Shown here: positions 1-10,239 of the stretch, one piece after another
Numbering within the stretch: position 1 is the stretch's first letter
Layout: every line of letters starts with the position of its first letter
Virus record (IMG/VR): IMGVR_UViG_3300042259_000159
DNA from: a virus
Length of the DNA stretch: 64,000 nucleotides
Reading direction: 5' to 3' (one strand)
The notes under the pieces: generated by a model
What the model saw: the letters and a program-made list of their open reading frames with translations, nothing else
Told to the model about the DNA's origin: nothing
The model's database searches: none
Translations under genes and position numbers: made by a program

Positions 1-1
1 A

Positions 2-1516
2 GAAACATTCAAACGTTTTGGTGTAAGAATGGCCCGTTCCAGCGACGGTCTTTCTGTTTCAGCTATATATTACCCCTTTTATTCTCAGGACAAGAAGGTT
101 TGTGGATATAAGAAGCGCGACCTGACAAAAGACAAGCATGAGAGAGGCCACTTCACTGTGATAGGGCATGTCGGGGTAGATTGCATGCTGTTCGGGCAGA
201 ACCTTGCAAAAAAATCAAAGAAGGTTTTTATTGTTGAGGGAGAAAACGATGTACTGGCTTCATATCAGGCCATGAAGGACTTCATCCTTAAAGGCAAGCC
301 AGAATACAGAAACATGGAACCACCTGTGGTAGGCTTGTCATGTGGAACAGCAAATGCAGCAGCTGCTGTTGCAACAAACATAAGTTTTATAAACAGTTTT
401 GATGAGGTCGTTCTTGGTCTTGACAATGATGAAGCAAACCTTGTCGAAAAAAGAAAAGGGGTGAAGAAGGGGAAAGAGGCTACGGAGGATGTTGCAGGCA
501 TCCTTATGCGCGACAATATCTTTGTGGCGCACTACGAGGATGGATTTAAAGATCCAAACGATTATCTCATGCAAGGTAAGAGCACTCTTCTTGCAAACAC
601 GCTCATGTTTACAAAAAACAGGTATGTTGCAGAGAAGGTGGTGGGTGCCTCAAGCTTTTCTTTTGAGGAGATTATTGCTGAAAAAGAAAAAGGTGTTTAT
701 GTAGAGTCTTTCCCGAAAGTTATGGACATGATATATGGGATAAGAAAAAGGGAGATGATTGTTATTACCTCAATGTCCGGTGTTGGTAAAAGCTATTTTA
801 CATCAGAAATAGGTTACAGTCTTCTGGAGAAAGGTGCCACAGTGGGAGCAATTTTCCTTGAAGAAGAGGGTAAAGAGACAGTGCAGAGGATTGTGGCAAG
901 AAAGGCCAAGATAAACTTCAACAAGTTCAGATTTGCTTGCAAGAGCCTTGCCTCTATTGAGCAGTTGAGGCAGGCATACGATTGGACAACGGGGAAAGAT
1001 ATAGGGAAAGAAAGGCTTTATACCCTTAACCATTTTGGTTCCTTGCGTATTAATGACTTGATGAATAAGATAAAGTATTTGACATATGTTTGTAAATGTG
1101 ACTATATCCTTCTTGACCATTTAAGTGCTGTTTTGTCTGGACAAGATAGTAAAGATGAACGCAAGGAATTTGATATCCTTATGACCGAGCTTGCTGCTTT
1201 TGTATCCTCAAACGATGTTGGCATCATTGCCGTGTCACATCTTAATAGAAATGCAGCAGAGGAGATTAGAGGTCTTTCAAACCTTAAAGAACCTAAATGG
1301 ATATGCACCAAGAAGGAAGACCTCAGGGGTTCAGCGAGCCTTGAGCAGTTCTCATGGATAATTCTTGGGATTGACTTTGAGGTTAGACCTGATAGAACCA
1401 GAGGAAGAGCACGGATTACCGTTCTTAAAAATAGACCTCTGGGAACAATCGGTGTTGGTGATGTTTTTATATTGGACAATGATACTGGCCTCTTTATTAA
1501 CGCAGATATTGTATAG
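2..1516 (+). CDS. DNA primase/helicase (TOPRIM + DnaB-like helicase), 5'-partial at window edge
   Basis: Frame is open to the window start; TOPRIM-like FIVEGENDVLAS; Walker A ITSMSGVGKSY; T7 gp4-like domain order. Confidence 0.8.
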   Translation, partial: ETFKRFGVRMARSSDGLSVSAIYYPFYSQDKKVCGYKKRDLTKDKHERGHFTVIGHVGVDCMLFGQNLAKKSKKVFIVEGENDVLASYQAMKDFILKGKPEYRNMEPPVVGLSCGTANAAAAVATNISFINSFDEVVLGLDNDEANLVEKRKGVKKGKEATEDVAGILMRDNIFVAHYEDGFKDPNDYLMQGKSTLLANTLMFTKNRYVAEKVVGASSFSFEEIIAEKEKGVYVESFPKVMDMIYGIRKREMIVITSMSGVGKSYFTSEIGYSLLEKGATVGAIFLEEEGKETVQRIVARKAKINFNKFRFACKSLASIEQLRQAYDWTTGKDIGKERLYTLNHFGSLRINDLMNKIKYLTYVCKCDYILLDHLSAVLSGQDSKDERKEFDILMTELAAFVSSNDVGIIAVSHLNRNAAEEIRGLSNLKEPKWICTKKEDLRGSASLEQFSWIILGIDFEVRPDRTRGRARITVLKNRPLGTIGVGDVFILDNDTGLFINADIV

Positions 1517-1529
1517 AAGGAGTAGTGAA

Positions 1530-3950
1530 ATGAGATTCTTTACAATGGACTCTGAAGGAGATGGACTTGTAGATGAAATAACTAAGTTCCACTGTATTGT
1601 CTTCAAGGAGTATAAAAAGGAAAACATTTTTGTGTTTGTCGACAAAGAAAGAATGACAAAAGACATCTCAAAAGGTATAGAAAATGTATTCTCTAAATAC
1701 CGTTTTACTTGGGGGTATATAGAGGATTTTCCCAGATTCCTTAAGAGTGATATTGTTGACGGATTTCATTGTCATAACTTCTTCGGATTTGATCAGAAGG
1801 CCATTGAGAAACTGATACCGGAAATAAAGTTTAACCCCTTCATCAGACGTGAGGGGGTTCCGAGTACTGTTAATGTTGGTGGTTTTGAAAGAGACATACA
1901 CATTTATGACACCCTTCCAATGAGCAGAACGCTGCACCCAGACAGACCCCTACCTTCTGGGTGTCCTGCTAGGATTAAGAACCCTATAACAGGGAAGATG
2001 CAAAATGTTGGCCCCCACGGTTTTCAGGCTTGGGGATACCGTGTTGCAAGAGCAAAGCCGCAGATCGATGATTGGATAAATGACACACTTTTTAACTATA
2101 TACAACGGTGTGTTGCAGATACTGAAATCGGTGAAAAGGTTTGGGATGCCCTAAGGGTGGAGGCTCAAGACATAGCCACGGGTGGGGATTGGAAAAAACC
2201 GCTTAAGACATCAATGATAGATTTTTTTCTGTTTTGTGGTCAAGAGCAGGAAGGTGCCTTGTTGGATAAAGAGAAAGCGAAGACCCTTTGGGAAAGTATA
2301 AATAAAATGATGAAGGAGATAGCAGATGATGTAAATGCCTATCTTCTTGAGAAGAATGTTAGAAGGCCCCTTCCAAAAACAAAACAACCTAAATATCCTG
2401 CACAAACGTTTAAAAAAGACGGCACTCTAACAAATAATGCACTCAAGTGGTGTGATAGGGTTGGTATACCAGAAAAAGACGCTGAGAAGGCCATTCTGTG
2501 CATAAATAAGGCACTTAAAGAAGGGGATGAGAGTGTCCTTGAAAGGTATGTTTTGACGGAACAAGTCACTATTGCACACGATGCAGCCATTAAGGAGTAT
2601 CTTGTGGAAGAGGGTTGGGTTCCTACTCTTTGGAATATAAAAAACGCTTTTGTGAATCAGAAGAAAAAGGACTACACTCCTGAAGAGGTAGATGCAAACA
2701 TTGCAAAGTATATCAGTGAACTGAAGACAAGCCCTTATAAAAGATTTATTCTTAAAGAGTTGGATTGGGAAGGCATGGACACTGATAGAGCTTTAAGTAC
2801 CGAATCCTTCAGGAAGCATGTAAAAAGTAAAGGTAGGCAGCTTCCCACAACACCTAAAATAAAGGATGCCGCCACGGGTCGTATATGTCACAACCTTGAA
2901 GAGATGGATGGTGATTTTGCAAAGAAGGTTGTGAAATATGGTAGTTTGGAAAACAGACGTAATGTAATTCTTAGTGATAATGGAACTGGTTGGCTAACAC
3001 ACCCTAGACTTGAAAGGGACGGAAGAATACCTGCCAGCCATACAGGAACCACAAATACACACAGAGTTAAGCATTCAAACATCGTTAATATACCCAAGCC
3101 CGATCCTAAGGTTCTTTTGGGGTATGAGATGCGTGATCTTTTTGTTGCTCCTGAAGGGTGGATGTGTGTTGGGTGGGATAGTGCCGCTCTTGAAAACAGG
3201 GTTGCGGGGAGTGCTGCATACCCCTATGATGGGGGCAGATATGCAGATATTCTTCTCTTAGCGGACAGCCATACCCTTAATGCCCAAGCTTATTCTAAAG
3301 CAGCGGGGAAGGAAATCACAAGAAATAATGGCAAGTCTGTGACGTATGGAATTTTATACGGAGCACAGGCAAAAAAGGTTGCAAAAATGCTTGACATTTC
3401 CGTGGAAAAAGCACAAGATGTTATCAATGCTTTTTGGGATTCCAACGATGGTTTGAAGAAGTTTAAAGAGCATCTTGAGGCTTATTGGGAGAGCACAGGG
3501 AAAAAATACATCCTCGGACTAGATGGTAGGAAGGTTTATACAAGAAGTAAGCACAGCCTTGTAAATGCAGCCTTCCAATCCTGCGGTGCCATTCTTATGT
3601 CGCACACTATGGTGGAGATTGAGTATAGAAGGAGAGAGCAGGGTCTTATTGCTCCTCGTTGGGGATTTTATCATGATGAGGGGCAGTATTATATTCCTTT
3701 TACAAAAGATAAAAGTCTTTTTGATTTTGTGATTCAGGATGAAAAGGATACCCCAAAACCAGATGACAGGATGTGGACAAAAGCAAGAGAGATAAAAGAA
3801 GGCAAGGCGGCAGGCAAGTTTGTGAGGTATTACAGCCGTTTTGGAGAGTTGTGTGTTGAAACCCATAGGGATGTAGGTGTAATGCTTGGTATGAATATTC
3901 CTCTTGACGGGGAATACATGGTTGGTAAGAGTTGGGCACAAACACATTAA
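1530..3950 (+). CDS. DNA polymerase, family A (T7 gp5-like)
   Basis: ATG at 1530 follows GAAGGAG at 1516-1522; N-terminus MRFFTMDSEGDGLVDEITKFHC and motifs KGLDGRKVYTRSKHS, YHDEGQY resemble T7 DNA polymerase as recalled. Confidence 0.85.
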   Translation: MRFFTMDSEGDGLVDEITKFHCIVFKEYKKENIFVFVDKERMTKDISKGIENVFSKYRFTWGYIEDFPRFLKSDIVDGFHCHNFFGFDQKAIEKLIPEIKFNPFIRREGVPSTVNVGGFERDIHIYDTLPMSRTLHPDRPLPSGCPARIKNPITGKMQNVGPHGFQAWGYRVARAKPQIDDWINDTLFNYIQRCVADTEIGEKVWDALRVEAQDIATGGDWKKPLKTSMIDFFLFCGQEQEGALLDKEKAKTLWESINKMMKEIADDVNAYLLEKNVRRPLPKTKQPKYPAQTFKKDGTLTNNALKWCDRVGIPEKDAEKAILCINKALKEGDESVLERYVLTEQVTIAHDAAIKEYLVEEGWVPTLWNIKNAFVNQKKKDYTPEEVDANIAKYISELKTSPYKRFILKELDWEGMDTDRALSTESFRKHVKSKGRQLPTTPKIKDAATGRICHNLEEMDGDFAKKVVKYGSLENRRNVILSDNGTGWLTHPRLERDGRIPASHTGTTNTHRVKHSNIVNIPKPDPKVLLGYEMRDLFVAPEGWMCVGWDSAALENRVAGSAAYPYDGGRYADILLLADSHTLNAQAYSKAAGKEITRNNGKSVTYGILYGAQAKKVAKMLDISVEKAQDVINAFWDSNDGLKKFKEHLEAYWESTGKKYILGLDGRKVYTRSKHSLVNAAFQSCGAILMSHTMVEIEYRRREQGLIAPRWGFYHDEGQYYIPFTKDKSLFDFVIQDEKDTPKPDDRMWTKAREIKEGKAAGKFVRYYSRFGELCVETHRDVGVMLGMNIPLDGEYMVGKSWAQTH

Positions 3951-3976
3951 AAACTTTTAGTAAAGAAGGAGAATGT

Positions 3977-4225
3977 ATGAATCTTTATGTAGTAGAAACA
4001 CCTGTTATGCCTAAGAATGATTGGGATACCTATCACAGAGCCTTTACGAGGGTAGAGGCTGTTGATCCCCTCCATGCGGTTAAGATAATTCTGTCTCAGC
4101 TTGACGATAAGGAAAAATACCGTGATTACATTGTGAGCTGTGATGGTATGTGTGATGACAAGGGTGTTTCTTGTCAAACCCTTATTAGGGTTGATACAGC
4201 AGGAATTTCAACATATTATATTTAG
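3977..4225 (+). CDS. hypothetical protein
   Basis: ATG preceded by GAAGGAG; ORF track frame. Confidence 0.5.
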   Translation: MNLYVVETPVMPKNDWDTYHRAFTRVEAVDPLHAVKIILSQLDDKEKYRDYIVSCDGMCDDKGVSCQTLIRVDTAGISTYYI

Positions 4226-4233
4226 GAAACAAT

Positions 4234-4584
4234 ATGAACATCTTTAACAAAACAGATAAAGAAACGGCAGACGACCCAGAAAACGAAGGCATGTTCTTTA
4301 CCCTAGCCAAAAACTTTGATGATGACTTTGATTCACAAGAACAAAAAGAAAAACATAGTGGGTGGGTAAAAATTGCGGTAGGGGAATTGGGGTGTAATGC
4401 CGTTCTTGATTATGAAAAAGGCATTTCAGACTTTGCACTTGAAATGCTCAAAGAAGATATAAAGGATCAGAATGTTGATCTTGGAGAGGTTGGTGTGTAC
4501 ACGTTTAACATAAATGTGGACTGTGAATCAGATTACTATGGTGACTATGATTGTTACCTTGAATATGAGAAAATTGAAGACTAA
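4234..4584 (+). CDS. hypothetical acidic protein
   Basis: ORF with upstream AGGAAA RBS-like sequence. Confidence 0.5.
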   Translation: MNIFNKTDKETADDPENEGMFFTLAKNFDDDFDSQEQKEKHSGWVKIAVGELGCNAVLDYEKGISDFALEMLKEDIKDQNVDLGEVGVYTFNINVDCESDYYGDYDCYLEYEKIED

Positions 4585-4624
4585 ACACTACTGACCGAAT
4601 TAAACAAAAAGGAGAGTTGATCAT

Positions 4625-5017
4625 ATGAATTATAAAGAACACCTTATTGCAAACATGAAAGTTGCTGCCAACTCATTTAAAATGATGGTATTTCATGCCT
4701 TGCACGGTATCATTCCTTGCAAATACACAAGTCATGATTATTGGGCTGTCAACGACAATTCAAAGGATATCAAAACATCGGAGTTTATTCCCTGCAAAGA
4801 GCGATTGCCGGAAAACAAAGGATATTATTGGGCTACTGTTAAAGAATCGGGTAGCCCGTATAGTGAAACCGGCACTAGTTACTATATAGAAACAGTTTGG
4901 TACAGCCCTGAAAATGGAAATGGCTGGTACATTGCGAATTGCCGCAAAGATAATCCTGATTGGACATTTGAAGTTACTGCGTGGATGGAACGCGCCAAGC
5001 CTTATAAAGGAGATTGA
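4625..5017 (+). CDS. hypothetical protein
   Basis: ORF preceded by AAAGGAGAG. Confidence 0.5.
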   Translation: MNYKEHLIANMKVAANSFKMMVFHALHGIIPCKYTSHDYWAVNDNSKDIKTSEFIPCKERLPENKGYYWATVKESGSPYSETGTSYYIETVWYSPENGNGWYIANCRKDNPDWTFEVTAWMERAKPYKGD

Positions 5018-5119
5018 TAGTGCCCAAGAACTACATACCTGTTTGGACGGGTTGGGGAGGGCAAGCCCTACTTGTAGATAAAGCGTGAAACGCTTTGTTT
5101 CTAAAACCTATATTTTCTA

Positions 5120-5148
5120 TTGACAAAAGTGTTCGGTCTTGATAGGTT
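5120..5148 (+). promoter_or_regulatory. sigma70-like promoter (TTGACA-N17-TAGGTT) sharing an extended motif with the promoter at 11068
   Basis: ctattgacaaaag...gttgtatttaac; the same extended motif recurs at 11063-11104. Confidence 0.5.
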
Positions 5149-5188
5149 GTATTTAACGAAACAACATAAACAAACAAAAGGTTCAGAC

Positions 5189-5599
5189 ATGCGTAAAACT
5201 CTTTTTATTATTCGGGGTGCTTCCGGTTCCGGTAAAAGCACTCTTGCTGATGAGATTGATAACATTTTGCAGGTTTGGGAAGCAGATATGTATTTTACAG
5301 ATGCCATTACTCAGGAATATAACTTCATCCCTAAACTCCTCCCGCTGGCTCATAAGTGGTGTCAAAATCAGATCCGTAAGTGTATGGAGCGCGGTGACAA
5401 GAGAATTGCTGTGGCAAATACCTTTACAAAAAACTGGGAAATGAAACCATATCTTGACATGTGTGAAGATTTTGGTTACACTCCTTTCGTAATTCGCTGT
5501 GAGAATGCTTTTGACAATATCCACGATGTACCTGAAGATGTTGTCAAGAAACAACGCGAACGTTTTGAAGATTATGGAGTAACTAAAGATGTCTCGTAG
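5189..5599 (+). CDS. P-loop nucleotide/polynucleotide kinase-like protein
   Basis: Walker A GASGSGKST; architecture resembles the kinase domain of T4 Pnk (recall only). Confidence 0.55.
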   Translation: MRKTLFIIRGASGSGKSTLADEIDNILQVWEADMYFTDAITQEYNFIPKLLPLAHKWCQNQIRKCMERGDKRIAVANTFTKNWEMKPYLDMCEDFGYTPFVIRCENAFDNIHDVPEDVVKKQRERFEDYGVTKDVS

Positions 5600-5819
5600 G
5601 GTATACACAAAAACTATCAAGACAGAAAAGGAAGTCGCATTTACCGAATTAACATGTGACGAGTGTGGCAGAAAAGAAGAAACAAGCGCAGACGAATTGT
5701 TCGGATGGGATGCTATGACGTATGGTGGTAAGGTATACGATATATGCCCCTCGTGTGCTGAGGCTTTGGCTACTATTGTACAATCTATGAAAATAGAAAA
5801 GCAAGAAAATCTATACTAA
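5589..5819 (+). CDS. zinc-ribbon protein
   Basis: CDECG...CPSC cysteine pairs. Confidence 0.45.
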   Translation: MSRRVYTKTIKTEKEVAFTELTCDECGRKEETSADELFGWDAMTYGGKVYDICPSCAEALATIVQSMKIEKQENLY

Positions 5820-5842
5820 CCTGTTATAAGAAAAGGCTAACT

Positions 5843-6376
5843 TTGGACATCTTCTTTATAACTTTTATTCTGTGGTTTGGAGGGGAGACTATTCCCGATG
5901 ATCTCCTGCACGATACAATCAGTGAGGTTGTCGATATTGTATGTTCTCAGCACCACATACCGGACAAGGAAAGTTTTAAAAGGCTTTTATATGAGACTGC
6001 TCAATATGAAAGTGAGGGTGGAATATATATAGAACAGCTTTCCGGAGGAGGAGCAAAAGGTATCTATCAGATAGAGCCTTTCACAGCGGAGTGCATAAAA
6101 AGCAATTGGATGAAATATAACGCTTCCAGCGGTGTTGAGACACTTTATAAAAATGCCTATGAAAGCGGCATGGGCTTGGAGTGGAATCTAGAGGTTAATC
6201 TGGGGTTTCAAACACTTATAGCCTCTTTGATTTACATTTCAAGAATGAATAAAAAAGACCATGCCCTAATAAAAACCTTGACAGGAAGGGCAAAAGTGTA
6301 TAAGAAGTATTTTAATACACCACTTGGAAAAGGAACAGTTCAAGGGTATATAACCAAAAACAAAAAGGAGAAATGA
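5843..6376 (+). CDS. hypothetical protein (TTG start)
   Basis: ORF track; no in-frame ATG near the 5' end. Confidence 0.4.
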   Translation: MDIFFITFILWFGGETIPDDLLHDTISEVVDIVCSQHHIPDKESFKRLLYETAQYESEGGIYIEQLSGGGAKGIYQIEPFTAECIKSNWMKYNASSGVETLYKNAYESGMGLEWNLEVNLGFQTLIASLIYISRMNKKDHALIKTLTGRAKVYKKYFNTPLGKGTVQGYITKNKKEK

Positions 6377-6633
6377 TGAGTATTTACACACCGAAAGAGG
6401 TAGCAAATGTAGCAATGGATATCGTTCTGAAGGAGGGCATTGCACGTCTTGAGTATGATAAAGATTTTATCCGAAAGATTGAAAACACCCTTCAAGAAGC
6501 AGGGTACTTTAAGGTAAACATTACCGATGCACAGAAGCGTCACATTGCAAAAGCAATGCTTAAGGATGTGACACGATGGCATGAAAGTCGCCGTAAATAT
6601 ATGGCAGAAAGCCGTGGACATAAGAACTGGTAA
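6373..6633 (+). CDS. hypothetical protein
   Basis: ATGA overlap with upstream stop; AAGGAG upstream. Confidence 0.5.
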   Translation: MMSIYTPKEVANVAMDIVLKEGIARLEYDKDFIRKIENTLQEAGYFKVNITDAQKRHIAKAMLKDVTRWHESRRKYMAESRGHKNW

Positions 6634-6915
6634 GTCTTAATTCCTCGACTGGCCAGTCCCATTCAGACGTTTAAGGAGTACAAATGCTTGCTTTTTGTTC
6701 GCAAGACGAGTTTGATTTTTCAGAGGAAAAACAGGAAAGACGTGTAAACCGTATGAAGAAGGGAAGTAAACGGCTTACTAAAGAAGATCGTAAGAAGATA
6801 GTTAAACAAAGGCGTATACTTAAGAACAAAGAGGGCTTCAGGGATGAAGAGCATGATGGTGAGTATATCTAGCGCACCACACTCAAAATGCCTGAGAAAA
6901 AATAAGGAGAACACT

Positions 6916-7404
6916 GTGGAAAAGATGAGTGAAAATATGAGCCTCTATGATTTTATTCTTGAGGATCTTGCAAAACTTAAAGGTACTACGAAATACGGGC
7001 ACTACCGTCACAAAATGTTAAAGCTGCTTCCACGTATAGGCTTTTTGGGTGATGCCGGTTACTACCCCTTTGGAGGATGTACTGTAGCACTTGAGTTCAC
7101 TAATGTAGGTGTTGCTATAAAATACGGAGTATGCAACGAGGTCGATCGCTTTGTTAAAAGCCTCGGAAGGGCTTGTGCAAGATCAAAAAAGCCCTCACAA
7201 TTTTATCCGTATGAGAAACTTCTAGAAGACATCCTTCAGGATGAAGAATGCCTTACGGATGACAGCCTTGCATGTAAGCTTGATATCGCACTGACAACCC
7301 TAGATACCTTTAGACGCATGATCATACAAAGAGCCTACCAGAAAGCCGAGGAAGGTCTTAAGAAGGCAGGATTTAAAGAGAAAACATTCTACATTCTGAA
7401 ATAG
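6916..7404 (+). CDS. hypothetical protein
   Basis: GTG 6 nt after AAGGAG (6904-6909); in-frame ATG at 6925 is an alternative start. Confidence 0.45.
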   Translation: MEKMSENMSLYDFILEDLAKLKGTTKYGHYRHKMLKLLPRIGFLGDAGYYPFGGCTVALEFTNVGVAIKYGVCNEVDRFVKSLGRACARSKKPSQFYPYEKLLEDILQDEECLTDDSLACKLDIALTTLDTFRRMIIQRAYQKAEEGLKKAGFKEKTFYILK

Positions 7405-7478
7405 GCATTTATCACCTTGACAAGCATCTTATCTTAGGATAGGGTGCTTTTATTATTTTCAATTACAAGGAGGATGCT

Positions 7479-8855
7479 ATGGAGATGTTTTTTAGCAACA
7501 AAGAGGTTATCAGGGCTTGGGAAAATGTTGTGAAAAAACTTAACGCCAGCGGTTTTAAAGGTGCCATTGTTGGCGGTGCAGTTAGGGATGTTTTTATGGG
7601 AAAGACTCCCACAGATATAGACATTGCTACAAATGCAACACCAGAGGAGGTTTGTAGCATCTTTAAAGGTGCTAAACTTGTTGGTGAAAGCTTTGGTGTT
7701 TGCCGTTGGAATGGCTATGAAATTGCTACTTATCGAAACGATGTCCACAACGGTATTGGTGATACTTGTTGCACCGTGAGGTATACAGACGATCTCATTG
7801 AAGACCTTAGGCGTAGAGACTTCACAATGAATGCTTGTGCATATGAGAGGCATCCTGACGGGACAACGCATTTTGTTATGGCACAGGCAGGTTGTCTGGA
7901 TGACATCGAGAATAAGCGTCTTGATTTTGTAGGCAATGCTGAAGATAGAATCAGGGAAGATCCCAACCGCAGCTTCAGAGCATACCGCATGATTTGCAAA
8001 ACAGGCTTTCTGCCGTCATATGCTACAGCAAAGATAATATACAACAGAGGTATTGTTGAAAAATATCTTCCGTACATTGCACCTGAGAGGATAGGTAAAG
8101 AGCTTATAAAATCTATGGAGGAGCCTTTCTCTTGGAATTTTTTTAGGTGTCTTTACAGGTCTGGTATTATGTACACTCTCATCCCTGAGATGGCACAGGC
8201 TTGGAATATTTGGGGAGGAAAATACCATGCAGAGTACGTTGGTGAACACCTTATGGCTGTTGGTATGGGTATCTCTGCAAAATTCCCCTTGCTGAGGCTT
8301 GCAGGGTATCTGCATGATGTTGGTAAGGGGGTAACACACGAGGATGGCAGCTTCATCCGGCATGAAAAAGAGGGCGTGCATATTGCGCGGAGGTTTCTTA
8401 AAAGCCTTAAGTTCTCTACAAAAGATACAGAGAAGGTTTGCAATATAATTCGTTGCCATATGCGTAGATTTGGTGAGAATGAAACGCCTGCTACAAACAG
8501 GCGAACCCTTGCATATCTTGCAAAACACAATGTCTGCACATACGATTTCATCCGTTTGCGGATTGCGGATCACAACGGCAACTTTGCATGCAAGAAGATG
8601 AAATTCAGAGATATTAAGTCCCTTGTCAGATGTTGGGACACCTATCAGTTTGAAAAACAAGCTGCCCATAGTAGGAAAATGCTTGCCATTAATGGCAGGG
8701 ATATTATGAAAGAGTTTAATATCCCTCCGTCAAGACTTGTTGGGGAGATGATTGAATTTGCCCATAATATTGTTCTTGACAATGTTGATAAAAACGAATA
8801 TAGTATCCTTATCAATGAAATTAAAAAGCGGTTCGGAGGTAGCAATGGCGAATGA
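7479..8855 (+). CDS. tRNA nucleotidyltransferase (CCA-adding enzyme) with HD phosphohydrolase domain
   Basis: Pol-beta nucleotidyltransferase motif GGAVRD...DIDIAT, RRDFTMNA; HD motif HLMAVG...YLHDVGK. Confidence 0.75.
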   Translation: MEMFFSNKEVIRAWENVVKKLNASGFKGAIVGGAVRDVFMGKTPTDIDIATNATPEEVCSIFKGAKLVGESFGVCRWNGYEIATYRNDVHNGIGDTCCTVRYTDDLIEDLRRRDFTMNACAYERHPDGTTHFVMAQAGCLDDIENKRLDFVGNAEDRIREDPNRSFRAYRMICKTGFLPSYATAKIIYNRGIVEKYLPYIAPERIGKELIKSMEEPFSWNFFRCLYRSGIMYTLIPEMAQAWNIWGGKYHAEYVGEHLMAVGMGISAKFPLLRLAGYLHDVGKGVTHEDGSFIRHEKEGVHIARRFLKSLKFSTKDTEKVCNIIRCHMRRFGENETPATNRRTLAYLAKHNVCTYDFIRLRIADHNGNFACKKMKFRDIKSLVRCWDTYQFEKQAAHSRKMLAINGRDIMKEFNIPPSRLVGEMIEFAHNIVLDNVDKNEYSILINEIKKRFGGSNGE

Positions 8856-9033
8856 ACTTAATCTAAGGCTTAAGCTTAACGATGTGGAGAGGGAGGCAGC
8901 CACCTACAGGGCGGTATGCAAGATGTTGTTTAATAGAATGTCTTCAGCAGGAGACCTTGCATTCATCCACAAAAAGGATCTTCAAAAAGCACTTGACAAA
9001 TATAAGGAGGTATCACAAGATGCAAATATATAA
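8845..9033 (+). CDS. hypothetical protein
   Basis: ATG after GGAGGTAG. Confidence 0.45.
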   Translation: MANELNLRLKLNDVEREAATYRAVCKMLFNRMSSAGDLAFIHKKDLQKALDKYKEVSQDANI

Positions 9034-9439
9034 ACCGAGCCACTTCAGGATTGAAGAACTTGTTGACAAAAAAACTTTCAACGACAGAGGCGAGAAGGCT
9101 TGGCAACTTTTGGATGACAGGGCTTTGTTTGTTCTTCAGCTTCTCAGAAAGCGTTATGGACCCATTACAGTTAACAACTGGCTGTGGGGAGGGGACAGAC
9201 AGTGGAGCGGCCTTAGAACAAAAGAGTGCAGTATTGGTGCAACATATTCTCAGCACAGGTTCGGAAGAGCCTTTGACTGTCTTATTAAAAACGCCACTGC
9301 CGAAGAAGTTAGAAAAGATATGCTTGACTTCTGGCCAAAACAGATGTATAACTTCCCTATCACGATGGAAGACGATGTAAGCTGGTTCCATTTTGATACG
9401 CGGCAACAGGAAAATCCAGTAACCATTTTTAAACCGTAA
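9020..9439 (+). CDS. endolysin, peptidase M15 (L-Ala-D-Glu / D-Ala-D-Ala peptidase-like)
   Basis: SQHRFGRAFD (SxHxxGxAxD) and downstream WFHFD; ATG 9020 after AGGAGG. Confidence 0.7.
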   Translation: MQIYKPSHFRIEELVDKKTFNDRGEKAWQLLDDRALFVLQLLRKRYGPITVNNWLWGGDRQWSGLRTKECSIGATYSQHRFGRAFDCLIKNATAEEVRKDMLDFWPKQMYNFPITMEDDVSWFHFDTRQQENPVTIFKP

Positions 9440-9440
9440 A

Positions 9441-9468
9441 GGCGAATATCTGCCTAGCGTAACTCATA
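9441..9468 (+). repeat. 28-bp exact inverted copy of the tnpB 3' end / right-end sequence (second copy at 35548-35575)
   Basis: ggcgaatatctgcctagcgtaactcata here equals the reverse complement of 35548-35575. Confidence 0.8.
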
Positions 9469-9882
9469 GGATACATGGACTTCGCAAGTACAAGAATCAA
9501 ATTAAAAAGGAACTTTAACTATGGATATAGCGGTATCACACAAGATACGACTGCCGTGGTTCCCCTCCAAATCCTTCTGTGCTAAATCTTAACGCCTGTG
9601 GACAGAATGACCTCTGTATCTACCAACCAATGGAAGATATAAGTCAGCTGGTTGAAGCAGGAATTAAGTCCGGATTAATAGAAATTAATAGGAATTAAGG
9701 AGCAGATGAATATGTTGATTACGAACAATAAAGAACACCTTCGCTCATACCATGATATCATGCGTCTTTGGAAGATTGGTATCTTCACAGACAAGGCAAA
9801 GGATAAGTATTTGAATAAGCTTTATATTCGTGCTATGCACGACGGTAGGGTTCTTACAGAAAAAGAACATTGAGGGATAGCA

Positions 9883-10224
9883 GTGGACAATGTACCTTTT
9901 CTTGACCTTAATAGGGTCTCTGTAAATATGCTTATCAAAGCACCTGAATTACTTGTTAAAACAGATGCACAGATACATTCCGTAAAACACATTATAGAGG
10001 ATCTGAATCTAGATGCTGTTAAACTTGTAAAGATGGCCGTCCTTCTACGTACTCTTTTGAGGCAGAGGAGGTATTATAAAGAGATCACGGCCTTGCATAA
10101 TTCAATGTGTGTTGATAGTGAAAGGGTACTGAACTGGAAAAAGAAAAGCGATAGGCGGTTGATGGGGTATAAAGATCAATCCGAGCAACAGCTTGAATAC
10201 TATGAGAAGAAATACAATCTCTGA
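9883..10224 (+). CDS. hypothetical protein
   Basis: ORF track. Confidence 0.45.
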   Translation: MDNVPFLDLNRVSVNMLIKAPELLVKTDAQIHSVKHIIEDLNLDAVKLVKMAVLLRTLLRQRRYYKEITALHNSMCVDSERVLNWKKKSDRRLMGYKDQSEQQLEYYEKKYNL

Positions 10225-10239
10225 TACAGGAGGAGAAAG

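Noticed and set aside
1102-1479. Antisense ORFs inside large genes (for example 1102-1479, 8016-8669, 48028-48543, 55714-56364 on the minus strand)
   Set aside because: Fully embedded antisense to well-supported genes and lacking start contexts; typical six-frame noise.
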